The translations under genes and the position numbers were made by a program. Below are positions 40,277 to 49,075 of a stretch of 64,000 bases of DNA, in pieces (within the stretch, counting starts at the first letter, position 1; every line of letters starts with the position of its first letter). Under the pieces are notes generated by a model. That model did not search any database, had not been told where the DNA came from, and saw nothing but the letters and a program-made list of their open reading frames with translations. Location: assembly GCA_965228855.1 (NCBI GenBank), contig CBDDIJ010000005.1, forward strand, positions 1,088,001 to 1,152,000, in the 5' to 3' direction. This stretch comes from Candidatus Obscuribacterales bacterium (GTDB taxonomy: Bacteria > Cyanobacteriota > Vampirovibrionia > Obscuribacterales > Obscuribacteraceae).

Positions 40277-41515
40277 ATGAGCATGGATGCAACTTGTTCC
40301 GTCATCAACAAAGAGTATGTGACGCCATTCAACCTGATGGCGATGATCAGGCTGGCGTTAGGAACTGCAATTCTTGTTGCGACCGTCCTGTGCATTCCAG
40401 ATGCAATCGCTATTTTGCCGAGCACCCATAGCGCTTCTGCCTTCATTACTCGAGTCAGTGGCACTTGGCTGTCCGTTTTTGTTCAGTGGTTTTTGGCATT
40501 CCTCGGCATTCTTCACAGCGCCGCGATAATCAATCGAGGCGTGATCATCGGTCCATCGGGTATAAAACTTTCGCGTTTCTCGAAGCTGATTCCTTGGTCG
40601 CAAATCATAGGATTTGGAGCCGATGCTCGCCCACTGGTAACGATACTCACTCTCAATGCTCAGCCGGCCATTAAGCTGCAACTCTATGTTAGACAGAAGA
40701 GTTCGATAAAGACAAAAAACCTCGATTCACTTTTTTTCGAGCCGGCAGCCTTTACATCTCTGGTTAACGCAATCAGCTCATCAAGCTGTGGCGCGGTGCC
40801 GGATAGCATTCAAGTCGTTCTTACGAGATCAGATTCGGAATCAGTAAAAACAGCGTATAAACGGTCAAACACAAGGTCAAAACTCGTAACTGCCTACATC
40901 GCTATAATGCTAGTGCTTTTCACCGGAAGAGGCGCCGCTCGAAACTATTTCTACAACATGGCGGGACAAAGTTTCAACAAATCAGATTATGTCGAAAGCA
41001 AGCGTTTATGCGAATTAGCACTGGCCATTGACAGCACGTACCCTTATGCCCTTGACCGCCTGGCTCGATGCGAGTACCGACTTCAAGACCACTTTAGCGC
41101 GGAGCAGCACTGGAAGAAAGCTCTACAGATGAAACCAGACCTGGTGTCAGCGAAAGTCGGGCTATCGAATATTTGTATTCAGCGCCGACAATTCGATTCT
41201 GCAAAATCGCTCCTGAAGACCGCTTTGAGATTAGAACCCCAAGACATTCCTGTGCATCTGAATCTTGGTTATGTAAGCATGCAAATGGGAGATGCGGCCG
41301 AGTCGCTCATCTATTTCAAAAAAGCCCTACAATTTGCTCCGAGCAATCCAACCGTCAAGTTACTCTCAGCACAAGCCTATTTAGAAGTCGGAGCAGATGC
41401 GACGGCAATGGAACTGTTGAGAGGCATAAAGAGCACTGACTTGGAGTTGCACAATCGCGCTACGTTATCGAGAGTGAAAGAGATGCTGCTCGCTAGAGGT
41501 GAACGACTAGAATGA
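40277..41515 (+). CDS. Membrane protein with C-terminal TPR repeats
   Basis: Three hydrophobic segments; KKALQMKPD, KTALRLEPQD, KKALQFAPSN. Confidence 0.78.
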   Translation: MSMDATCSVINKEYVTPFNLMAMIRLALGTAILVATVLCIPDAIAILPSTHSASAFITRVSGTWLSVFVQWFLAFLGILHSAAIINRGVIIGPSGIKLSRFSKLIPWSQIIGFGADARPLVTILTLNAQPAIKLQLYVRQKSSIKTKNLDSLFFEPAAFTSLVNAISSSSCGAVPDSIQVVLTRSDSESVKTAYKRSNTRSKLVTAYIAIMLVLFTGRGAARNYFYNMAGQSFNKSDYVESKRLCELALAIDSTYPYALDRLARCEYRLQDHFSAEQHWKKALQMKPDLVSAKVGLSNICIQRRQFDSAKSLLKTALRLEPQDIPVHLNLGYVSMQMGDAAESLIYFKKALQFAPSNPTVKLLSAQAYLEVGADATAMELLRGIKSTDLELHNRATLSRVKEMLLARGERLE

Positions 41516-42033
41516 CTTCATTGTTCCATGTAATGAGAGCCCTGGCATTCGTTCTAGCTGCGAGCTTTGCAGGCGCGTTCGTGATTGGAAATCTTTGGCT
41601 GCTGATCGGCTGGATGCGATTTTACGGAGTTGAACCAGGAGTGGTGGCATCGGCAGTCCCTCTCGACATAGTTGACTACCACAACATTTTTTTAAATGAG
41701 GTAGGAAAGCTTATTGATTCTTACAACCTAATGTTCCAGGGGAACGCCAGATTCGGCTCCGGCATAGGAGCGGTCGCAGGAGCCGGAATGGCACTCGTGA
41801 CGGTGTCTCAGGCTCGCTTGTCAGTTCGTGTCGCAGCAGCAGCTCTGGCGGGCGCGATCATAGGCGGTCGAATCGCTCTGACCTTCACAAGTTCGCCGAC
41901 ACCATTTCTTTTGAGCGCATCGTTGGGGTTCACGTTTTTTGCTCTCATTCAACTTTTTACTCACGAGAAACTGCCGACCATTCCCGTTGACGCTGAATGG
42001 AAGCCGCATCCTGATACGATTCTAGAGCAGTAA
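41512..42033 (+). CDS. Hypothetical membrane protein
   Basis: ATGA overlap with the upstream gene; about four Gly/Ala-rich TM segments. Confidence 0.7.
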   Translation: MTSLFHVMRALAFVLAASFAGAFVIGNLWLLIGWMRFYGVEPGVVASAVPLDIVDYHNIFLNEVGKLIDSYNLMFQGNARFGSGIGAVAGAGMALVTVSQARLSVRVAAAALAGAIIGGRIALTFTSSPTPFLLSASLGFTFFALIQLFTHEKLPTIPVDAEWKPHPDTILEQ

Positions 42034-42050
42034 ACTCCCGATAATTCTTA

Positions 42051-42064
42051 AACCGATATCGGTC
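42051..42064. repeat. Palindrome copy (1 mismatch)
   Basis: AACCGATATCGGTC about 18 nt after the stop codon. Confidence 0.88.
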
Positions 42065-42309
42065 TGAAGCTAGACCTTAATGAACTGTTCCCGAATAAGT
42101 GAATCGACTTTCAAACCAGCCGCGATCAGAAAACCGCGGACTCCAATCTAAGACTACGATGTAAGGGAAATGGCGTCAGCAGGCTAAAAAAAGATAATCG
42201 AACACTTGCTAAAATCAGCACTTTCGCGACATATGTCGCTCGACAAAAACACTCTTCCCCGCAATCGAAAGATGCTCTATAACTGTGTCTCCCTATCACG
42301 GAGACGGTC

Positions 42310-43416
42310 ATGAAAAGCCCCAAGAACAAAAAGAGACGAATAGATGACAGCAAAGAAAAGCTGCTCGCAGAAAAACGCAAACAGTTTGATCAAGCATACA
42401 AGAGTCTGGAAGTCGGAGAAGACAAGCTGTATGAGTGGCTTAGTCTAGCTGGGTCAATAATCTGTAAGCGATGCGAGGGAAATGAATTCACCAGATGTGA
42501 TGGCACTCGCAATATAATCTGCTTAAAGTGTCATAGCAGACAATCGTTCACTTCCAATACCTTTTTTCACAAGATGAAGAGAGCGACGACTCTCGAGTAC
42601 TTATTTCTGCTTACCTTACTAGACGAAGGTATCGAAGTAAGCGCGAGCGAGTTCGAGAGACACTCATCAGTCGCTTATTCCACAAGTCTCAACATGATCA
42701 AGAAATGCGCAATTGTTTTTGACAAAAAAATGCAGCAATCAGGTACGCGCTTAGCTCACTGCGTTCTTTTCGAAGAAATCGTTTTTCGAAGAAGCAAAGA
42801 AACTCCCGCAAGAGAGCATCCGAGAAGCGAACAAAAGCCGGTATCCGCAGAACAAACCTCCCAACCTGTCTCAGTAACCAGAACATTTACGAGTGTTGAG
42901 AGACAGCAATTACGCACGGTAACTGTCCCGGTTAACATGGCAAAACAAGTCGATTCGCTTTCGAATGATGAGCTCGAAATCCTTTCCTTGCTGGAAAATG
43001 GTCCGATGCTGATTGATCATCTCCACTACGAGTTCGGAAGCAGATTGAGTTTTAGAGATTTCACCAGCAAGCTCTCGTCGCTAGCTATCAAGGACTTCGT
43101 AGCAGACAATGGTCTGTACGTGATACGAACGAAAAAATCAATGGCATCCCCAAAGATCGTTGGGGCAAGTTTAAATCCAAGGTTGAAAGAGTCGCTAATC
43201 TTATTCATCCGAGATTCTTATCAAGGAATTAGTCAAAAAGCATCTCAACTATATTTTGCACTGCACTGGTTTTACATGAACCGGACTGCCTGGCGTAAAG
43301 GTAAGGTCTTCGATACCTTCATGAGATCCAGGCCAGTGACGGACAAAGAAGTATTAAACTACGTATCCGATCAAGTTCTTAGGATTTCGAAAACGTACAA
43401 TAAGTGCAGCGCATGA
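42310..43416 (+). CDS. IS1595-transposase-derived protein lacking a recognisable DDE core
   Basis: Zn ribbon CKRC..CLKCHSRQSFTSNTFFH; C-terminal FIRDSYQGISQKASQLYF resembles the IS1595 tail; central winged-helix-like segment. Confidence 0.6.
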   Translation: MKSPKNKKRRIDDSKEKLLAEKRKQFDQAYKSLEVGEDKLYEWLSLAGSIICKRCEGNEFTRCDGTRNIICLKCHSRQSFTSNTFFHKMKRATTLEYLFLLTLLDEGIEVSASEFERHSSVAYSTSLNMIKKCAIVFDKKMQQSGTRLAHCVLFEEIVFRRSKETPAREHPRSEQKPVSAEQTSQPVSVTRTFTSVERQQLRTVTVPVNMAKQVDSLSNDELEILSLLENGPMLIDHLHYEFGSRLSFRDFTSKLSSLAIKDFVADNGLYVIRTKKSMASPKIVGASLNPRLKESLILFIRDSYQGISQKASQLYFALHWFYMNRTAWRKGKVFDTFMRSRPVTDKEVLNYVSDQVLRISKTYNKCSA

Positions 43417-43452
43417 TCAGCACGAGAGATGCAACAAGTTGAGTACTCATGC

Positions 43453-44216
43453 TTATAATCCTAGCGCGAGGAAGCCACCATCTACGGCAATAGTTTGGCC
43501 GGTGATGTATCCAGCTGCAGGCATGCAGAGAAACGAGACGAGTCCGGATACGTCTTCTGGCTCGCCGAGCCGGTTCATCGGTGTTCGCGATAAGACTCTG
43601 TCCATAAATTCCTCCTTGCCCAAAATCGGTTCAGTCAATGGAGTTTTGATAAACCAGGGCGCAACGCAATTGACACGGATTCCGTCAGTAGCCCATTCAA
43701 CGGCCAGTGAACGCGTCATCTGATCCATTGCGGCCTTTGTCATCGCATATGGTGCTCCTGTGGGTAACGCCCGCTGTCCAGCAACGGAGCCAAGATTGAC
43801 TAAGAGGCGCACATGCTGTTCTTCAAAAGCGGGTAGGCCAGGCGGCACATTTCAAATGTCGAGCGCAGATTAGTTTCAAGCAGAAACTCGTACTCCTCGT
43901 CGGAATATTCGATAGTTTTCTTGCGGACATTGGTTCCAACATTGTTTACAAGAACATCGATTCCGCCCATCGATTGAACTGCGAAATCTATTTACGCATT
44001 CCTTCCCGCTTTATTCGAAACGTCTCCAGCGACACCGAACATCCGGCGACGAAGTTTGTTTCCGACTTCAAGCGCTTCCTGGACGTCAGCGTCATTTCTC
44101 GCCACTATTGTAACTGTAGCGCCCAAGTCAGCAAGGTCATTTGCGACGGCGAGCCCAATACCCTTCGATGCGCCTGTTACGATCGCTCTTACGTTGTCCA
44201 GCCGGAACCGCTTCAT
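43453..44216 (-). pseudogene. Tropinone-reductase-like SDR, disrupted
   Basis: TGASKGIG, NNVGTN, YAMTK and RLGEPED all present; in-frame TAA at 43992-94 and a 1-nt frameshift near 43802. Confidence 0.85.
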
Positions 44217-44275
44217 ATTTGACTCCTCCAGGTTAGAAGCTCATCACTATAACAGGAGTTTAACTCTATAGCAGT

Positions 44276-44330
44276 AACCGATATCGGTTCGAGGAAAAGG
44301 ATCAGCGCTAGCGCTAAACCGATATCGGTT
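44276..44330. repeat. Two perfect AACCGATATCGGTT copies
   Basis: Cores at 44276 and 44317. Confidence 0.95.
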
Positions 44331-44348
44331 CTGGATAACCGAGAGCTG

Positions 44349-46562
44349 CTAGTCGCGCAGATCGGCGCTACGAATACGCGTATAGTTCTTATTTGCGGCG
44401 TGAATCATTGCATTTTGAGCAGCATGAAACAATGATGCTAAATCGCGAGCGTCATCTGGAACTCCGGCTATGCCGAAGTGAAGAATAGGCCAATAGCCTC
44501 GCAGTTTTGAGGCAAGTTTCGGTAAATCGGCGACGATGCGATCAACCAGCGCATGAGACTGGTTCGTTCCAACCCCAGGAAGAATTAGACCGAACGCCTT
44601 ATCTCCTACATGTCCAAACACGTCAACATCGCGCTTGATTTGAGAGATCGCTTGAGTTGCCAGAGAAAGCGAATTCATCGGCATCACGGATGCCGATGGA
44701 TTCGGTCTTGAAGCGTCGCCGCCACCTAATCGAATGCAAAATACAAGAAGCGAAAATTCAGAACTAAATCTAAATGCCCGGGCAAATTCTCGCTCAAGCA
44801 TGAACTGAAACGCCGGATAAGTCAGCGCTCCTGTCTGACTATCAGTGAGCGAAGTAAAAACAGACTTGACCGAATTAGAATCGAAATCAAGTAAGTTGGT
44901 TGGCACGCCAACCTCGAATAAGTCACGGCTTTGGGGCGATCCGGTGAGCGCTGGAGAAGAAAGCGCCGTCTGGCGTCCGGAAAGCTCTTGCGCGAATTGC
45001 GGCACGTTTGGAACAAAATTGGGACTGTGGGCTACCGTTGAATCATCACCAGATACGGTATCAGATGTTACGCCACCCGACGCTGGCGATTGGCCAACGT
45101 TAAATGTTGGAGTTTGGTCTCCACTTACCCTAAACGCTGGCGCAGCAATCTGGTTAGGCACCGATGTAGTAGCGCCGGCTGGCAGCACCCCGTTTGACGC
45201 ACTGAAAGAAGGCACATCCGGAGCGGATTTAACTTCTGATGGCAAGTTCGGAGCCCCTGCACCGAAGCCGGCTCCGCCAAAGAACCCGGCCGGAGGTTTC
45301 AAAGCCGTTTGAGCGCCAGACTGTGCCTGCACTTGAGCATTCGCAAAAGCATCTGAAGAAGCAGAGTGGGCGACTTGTCGGAGCGAACGTCCATCCGGAG
45401 TCAATACCAGACCCAGGCGAAGGAAATTTACCGCTATCGCAAACAATCGACCAGAGTCTAACGATACTCGCTCCCCGACTTCTTTCAAGCTCAGCTGTCC
45501 ATCAAGGGTTGTGTAGAAGGCGCGCTGAACTTTGAAACCGTAATCGATGCCATCTTTCAATCGTTCCTCAAGCTGGTCTTCAGACAAACCGATTGGAGGC
45601 CTCGACAATACGGAATTATCATCCATTCCATTTTTCAGCAAGAATCCAAGATTCTCCAGCAGTATAGAGCCCTGCTTCAAAATTTCTTCAGTGCTGTCTT
45701 GTACAGAAGCGGTATCAGGCTGAATACCCTCTGTAAACGACGCTGAACCATCCTGCCAGATGAAGATCTCCAGAATTGCATCTGTCCCTACCTTGTCAGT
45801 GGTGTAGGCGTGAATCGGCCGTCCCAAGCCGAACTGAACTACTATTGTGCGATTGCGCTCATTCGTCACCCGAAGTTCGCCGGTGATTTCCGATTGCTGG
45901 GCAGTTTGGAGTAACCAGGCGATCGGACGCAGCTTCAAGCTTCCGGTCATCAATCGCATCGTAGAAGACCCAGCACTATCTGCCGGTGCAGGTGCGGCGG
46001 CTACAGCTCGCTCCTCCTCAATCGTAGGCGCTTGAATTAATTCCGCGCTAGTGCTGCTTCGCTTGAAGCGATCACCCAGCGACGTCGACTTATGCTCTTT
46101 CTCCCTCTCCGCTTTTGCCTTATCCTCAGCCGTTTCTTCCAGAGGATGTTTCGCTCCAACCGCAGCTAGGAGGTGCGGATAGATGACCGCGATATCTTTG
46201 GTCTTGTGAAACCAGACCATTTTGGTTCCAACTATATTCTCTTCGTGAAGCCACCATTCTATGTCCTCACCGTCACTCTCTTTGCAGTGAATACTCAGGG
46301 TGTATTTCTTAAAATCCTTCGGGATTTCCCAGAGGTAATTGTGCTTGATCCCGAACATAGCCCGTGCTTTTTCGATGATTTCGTTGAGCTGCTCAATTGT
46401 CGGGTGCGTCTCCACCCGATAATTTTGGTTCGGAATACTAGAAAGCTTGTGCCCAAACATAACGCCAACCAATTGAGACCCCATAAAGTTATGCCCGTTA
46501 CTTGCGGCTGTTAATGCGGGACTGGTTGCATGCGCGAAAAGTCCCCCGGACATATCGCTCAA
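44349..46562 (-). CDS. DUF4388-like domain plus degenerate GGDEF-domain protein
   Basis: GSLKLRPIAWLLQ..TGELRV; TDSQTGALT..EFARAFR; RDVD-x5-GDKAF in place of RxxD-x5-GGDEF. Confidence 0.75.
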   Translation of the reverse strand: MSDMSGGLFAHATSPALTAASNGHNFMGSQLVGVMFGHKLSSIPNQNYRVETHPTIEQLNEIIEKARAMFGIKHNYLWEIPKDFKKYTLSIHCKESDGEDIEWWLHEENIVGTKMVWFHKTKDIAVIYPHLLAAVGAKHPLEETAEDKAKAEREKEHKSTSLGDRFKRSSTSAELIQAPTIEEERAVAAAPAPADSAGSSTMRLMTGSLKLRPIAWLLQTAQQSEITGELRVTNERNRTIVVQFGLGRPIHAYTTDKVGTDAILEIFIWQDGSASFTEGIQPDTASVQDSTEEILKQGSILLENLGFLLKNGMDDNSVLSRPPIGLSEDQLEERLKDGIDYGFKVQRAFYTTLDGQLSLKEVGERVSLDSGRLFAIAVNFLRLGLVLTPDGRSLRQVAHSASSDAFANAQVQAQSGAQTALKPPAGFFGGAGFGAGAPNLPSEVKSAPDVPSFSASNGVLPAGATTSVPNQIAAPAFRVSGDQTPTFNVGQSPASGGVTSDTVSGDDSTVAHSPNFVPNVPQFAQELSGRQTALSSPALTGSPQSRDLFEVGVPTNLLDFDSNSVKSVFTSLTDSQTGALTYPAFQFMLEREFARAFRFSSEFSLLVFCIRLGGGDASRPNPSASVMPMNSLSLATQAISQIKRDVDVFGHVGDKAFGLILPGVGTNQSHALVDRIVADLPKLASKLRGYWPILHFGIAGVPDDARDLASLFHAAQNAMIHAANKNYTRIRSADLRD

Positions 46563-46758
46563 GCTTGATGGGCCTATGAATACCGAATCGTTTCCTCAAG
46601 CATTCAGGTCGCATATTTTCACAAGACACCCTTAAATCGGCCTACGTTCTTAGGCGCTCAATTTGCTTATGCTTGAGCGCCATGGGATGAACGAGAAAAG
46701 TATCTTGTTTTAAGCTAGAGTAAATAGAGTGCTACCTCAAGCCTCGTGGAAATCGTGA

Positions 46759-47742
46759 ATGCTGCCTCCAGAAAACGTTCCACCCGGTCTCAGCCACGCC
46801 GAATACTTAAAACTGCAGCTACGTTACAACTCGATTGGCTGGATGAGACAGTCAGCCAGAGCAATGCACCTGGCCGTCACGAATCAGCCCGACAACGAGT
46901 CCATGAGCGAAGAAGCCAAAAAACGAGCGGGCGCCCTTTTCGATGCTCTCGAAAAGGCTTTGATCTTGAACGAGTTTTCAGAGGAAGTTCAAAAACAATT
47001 CAATGGAATTTGCGATTTTACTCTCTCGGAAGCTGACAAATTCCTAGACAATATTCAGTACGTCAAACAGGCAAAAGACGGTTTGAAATCCGCCTTTACG
47101 CTGGTCACACAAACCGTTCAAGAGACGATCGATAACTCCCTTGAACGAACGCTCTTACCTGCTTTGGGACTTCCACTGGACCGAGTTATCGAGGGAAAAA
47201 CAGCCGACGAGTACTTTCAACTCGCTCAGCGATATGAGCAGATCGGCGCTTGTGAGCCGGCTCGTGAGTGTGCTCAGAGAGTCCTGGACATGGAACTCAA
47301 GAAGGATACGCAACTTGCTAATCGCGCTCAACGCTTCATGAAGGGCAGGTTGCCCGCGCGTAAAATTAGTCACGATGCCATGCTCAAGCACATGAGCGCC
47401 TTGCGATATACGGTCATGCAAAAGGAAGATAAAGCCAAGAACATATTTGCAGAACTTGAGGTTAAACATCCAAACTTTGAATGGCCATTGATACCGCTGG
47501 CGGCACTAGAGTTGAAAGCCGGAAATTTAGATCGGTGCAAATACTTGCTAAATCGAGCACAACAAGTCAACCCTGGCTTTATCAAGATGTGGTGCGCTAA
47601 GGGGCGATTGGCTATCGCAGAATGGTTCTTACTCGACCTGGATTACTGCGTGGAGCGGGCGACTAGCCTGGATTCGTTCGACCCTCAAACCAAAGCGCTC
47701 GCAAACATTCAACAATTCGTAAATCAAAACGGTTTGCGTTAG
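46759..47742 (+). CDS. TPR-like hypothetical protein
   Basis: Helical repeats HPNFEWP, AQQVNPGF; duplicated motif GLSHAEYLKL / GKTADEYFQL. Confidence 0.65.
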   Translation: MLPPENVPPGLSHAEYLKLQLRYNSIGWMRQSARAMHLAVTNQPDNESMSEEAKKRAGALFDALEKALILNEFSEEVQKQFNGICDFTLSEADKFLDNIQYVKQAKDGLKSAFTLVTQTVQETIDNSLERTLLPALGLPLDRVIEGKTADEYFQLAQRYEQIGACEPARECAQRVLDMELKKDTQLANRAQRFMKGRLPARKISHDAMLKHMSALRYTVMQKEDKAKNIFAELEVKHPNFEWPLIPLAALELKAGNLDRCKYLLNRAQQVNPGFIKMWCAKGRLAIAEWFLLDLDYCVERATSLDSFDPQTKALANIQQFVNQNGLR

Positions 47743-47753
47743 TTCGTTTTCTG

Positions 47754-47820
47754 AACCGATATCGGTTTATGAACCACTTGCATACGAAAATGTCTCAGCT
47801 TGAACGGATATCGGTTCAAG
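47754..47820. repeat. Two palindrome copies between convergent genes
   Basis: Perfect core at 47754; CTTGAACGGATATCGGTTCAAG at 47799-47820 (1 mismatch). Confidence 0.93.
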
Positions 47821-47835
47821 AAAAAAACAACTTCA

Positions 47836-48966
47836 CTACTTCAAATCATAAACCGGCTTTTCAGCGGGCTTCGATTTTAGCTTACTCGCTTCGGACAGGT
47901 CTTGCGCGGCAAGGTCTCTTTTTCCTAGTTTCGCGTACAGCTTAGCGCGTGCCTCCAATGCGGCTCGCGCGTACTCGGGCGACATGTTAATCGCCAGAGT
48001 GTAGTCGGATATGGCCCGCTCATTCTGGTTTATCCTGGCGTAGATATCGCCGCGTAGCCGAACGGCGTCATCGTCCGATTTATCGTAATCGGCAACCTTT
48101 GAAATTTCGGCAAGCGCTTCTTTGTAGCGACCGAGCTTTAGAAAAAGCTTGGCGCGTTCAGTTAAAGCAATCGTGCTATCCGGGTTTTTCGCATTACAAA
48201 CCGCCAGGTCACGAAGTGCGTCTTCATCTCGTCCTAACTGCTGAAATAGGTTCGCCCTCATGTAATAGCCCATCGACTTGTCCGGAGCTAGCTCTATGAA
48301 GTTGTTCAAATCAATTAGCGCCTCTTTTCGTTTTCCAACAGTTTGATACAGCGACGCTCTGCATCGCAGCAAGTCCTTGTCCGAACAGACCTTGATACCG
48401 TAGCTGGCAGCTTCGATAGCTCTATCGTAGTCCTTCTTCGCGTCGTACAGTTTCGCCAGTGCCGAAAACAACTCGGCTGATTGATATCCGAGTTCGCGTG
48501 CCTTCTCGAGGTCTTTGATGGCATCTGACTCCTCACCAAAGGCTGAATAAAAAATTCCGGCCCCCCTTATGAAATGAGCTTCCGCATTCTGCGGTTCCGT
48601 TTTCAACACATAGTTCGCCAGCTCATATGCCCGTTCGTAATTCTTCTTGTTCAATGCATCCTTGGCCGCGATCAAGCATTCTCGGGGTTTTGTTATAAGC
48701 GCCCTGTCTTCCGGATTGAGCCTCCTCGATTTTCTCTCCTTTTCATATTCGTCGTACCAATCGCCTGTTAACTGCATTCGTCTGGCAGACTGTTTAGGTC
48801 TTGAATCAACGTTCTTATCAAAACTGCAACCTACAATCAACGCGCAAACGGGAAGCAAAACAGCAGCAATGCCTATCCCCGCGGATGAAGCGCCAGCGGA
48901 AAAACAAACCCGACGGTCAGCCGTGCGGGCTCCCGATAACGTCTTCTTCTCGTCGATGACAGGCAT
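47836..48966 (-). CDS. TPR-repeat lipoprotein
   Basis: Hydrophobic segment with lipobox IVGC; canonical TPRs (EPQNAEAHFIRG, AISDYTLAINMSPEY). Confidence 0.8.
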   Translation of the reverse strand: MPVIDEKKTLSGARTADRRVCFSAGASSAGIGIAAVLLPVCALIVGCSFDKNVDSRPKQSARRMQLTGDWYDEYEKERKSRRLNPEDRALITKPRECLIAAKDALNKKNYERAYELANYVLKTEPQNAEAHFIRGAGIFYSAFGEESDAIKDLEKARELGYQSAELFSALAKLYDAKKDYDRAIEAASYGIKVCSDKDLLRCRASLYQTVGKRKEALIDLNNFIELAPDKSMGYYMRANLFQQLGRDEDALRDLAVCNAKNPDSTIALTERAKLFLKLGRYKEALAEISKVADYDKSDDDAVRLRGDIYARINQNERAISDYTLAINMSPEYARAALEARAKLYAKLGKRDLAAQDLSEASKLKSKPAEKPVYDLK

Positions 48967-49075
48967 CGAGTCTCATTCCTTGCGCGTGTGGATTTTCGGA
49001 ATGCCTGTCAAAACAGAGCGTCAACGCATCAGATTGACTTGAACATTTCCATCTTATCCCATGCCGCCAGGGATG

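Noticed and set aside
43795..43994. Programmed recoding in the SDR gene
   Set aside because: It would need both TAA readthrough and a frameshift, and I see no slippery sequence or stimulatory structure.
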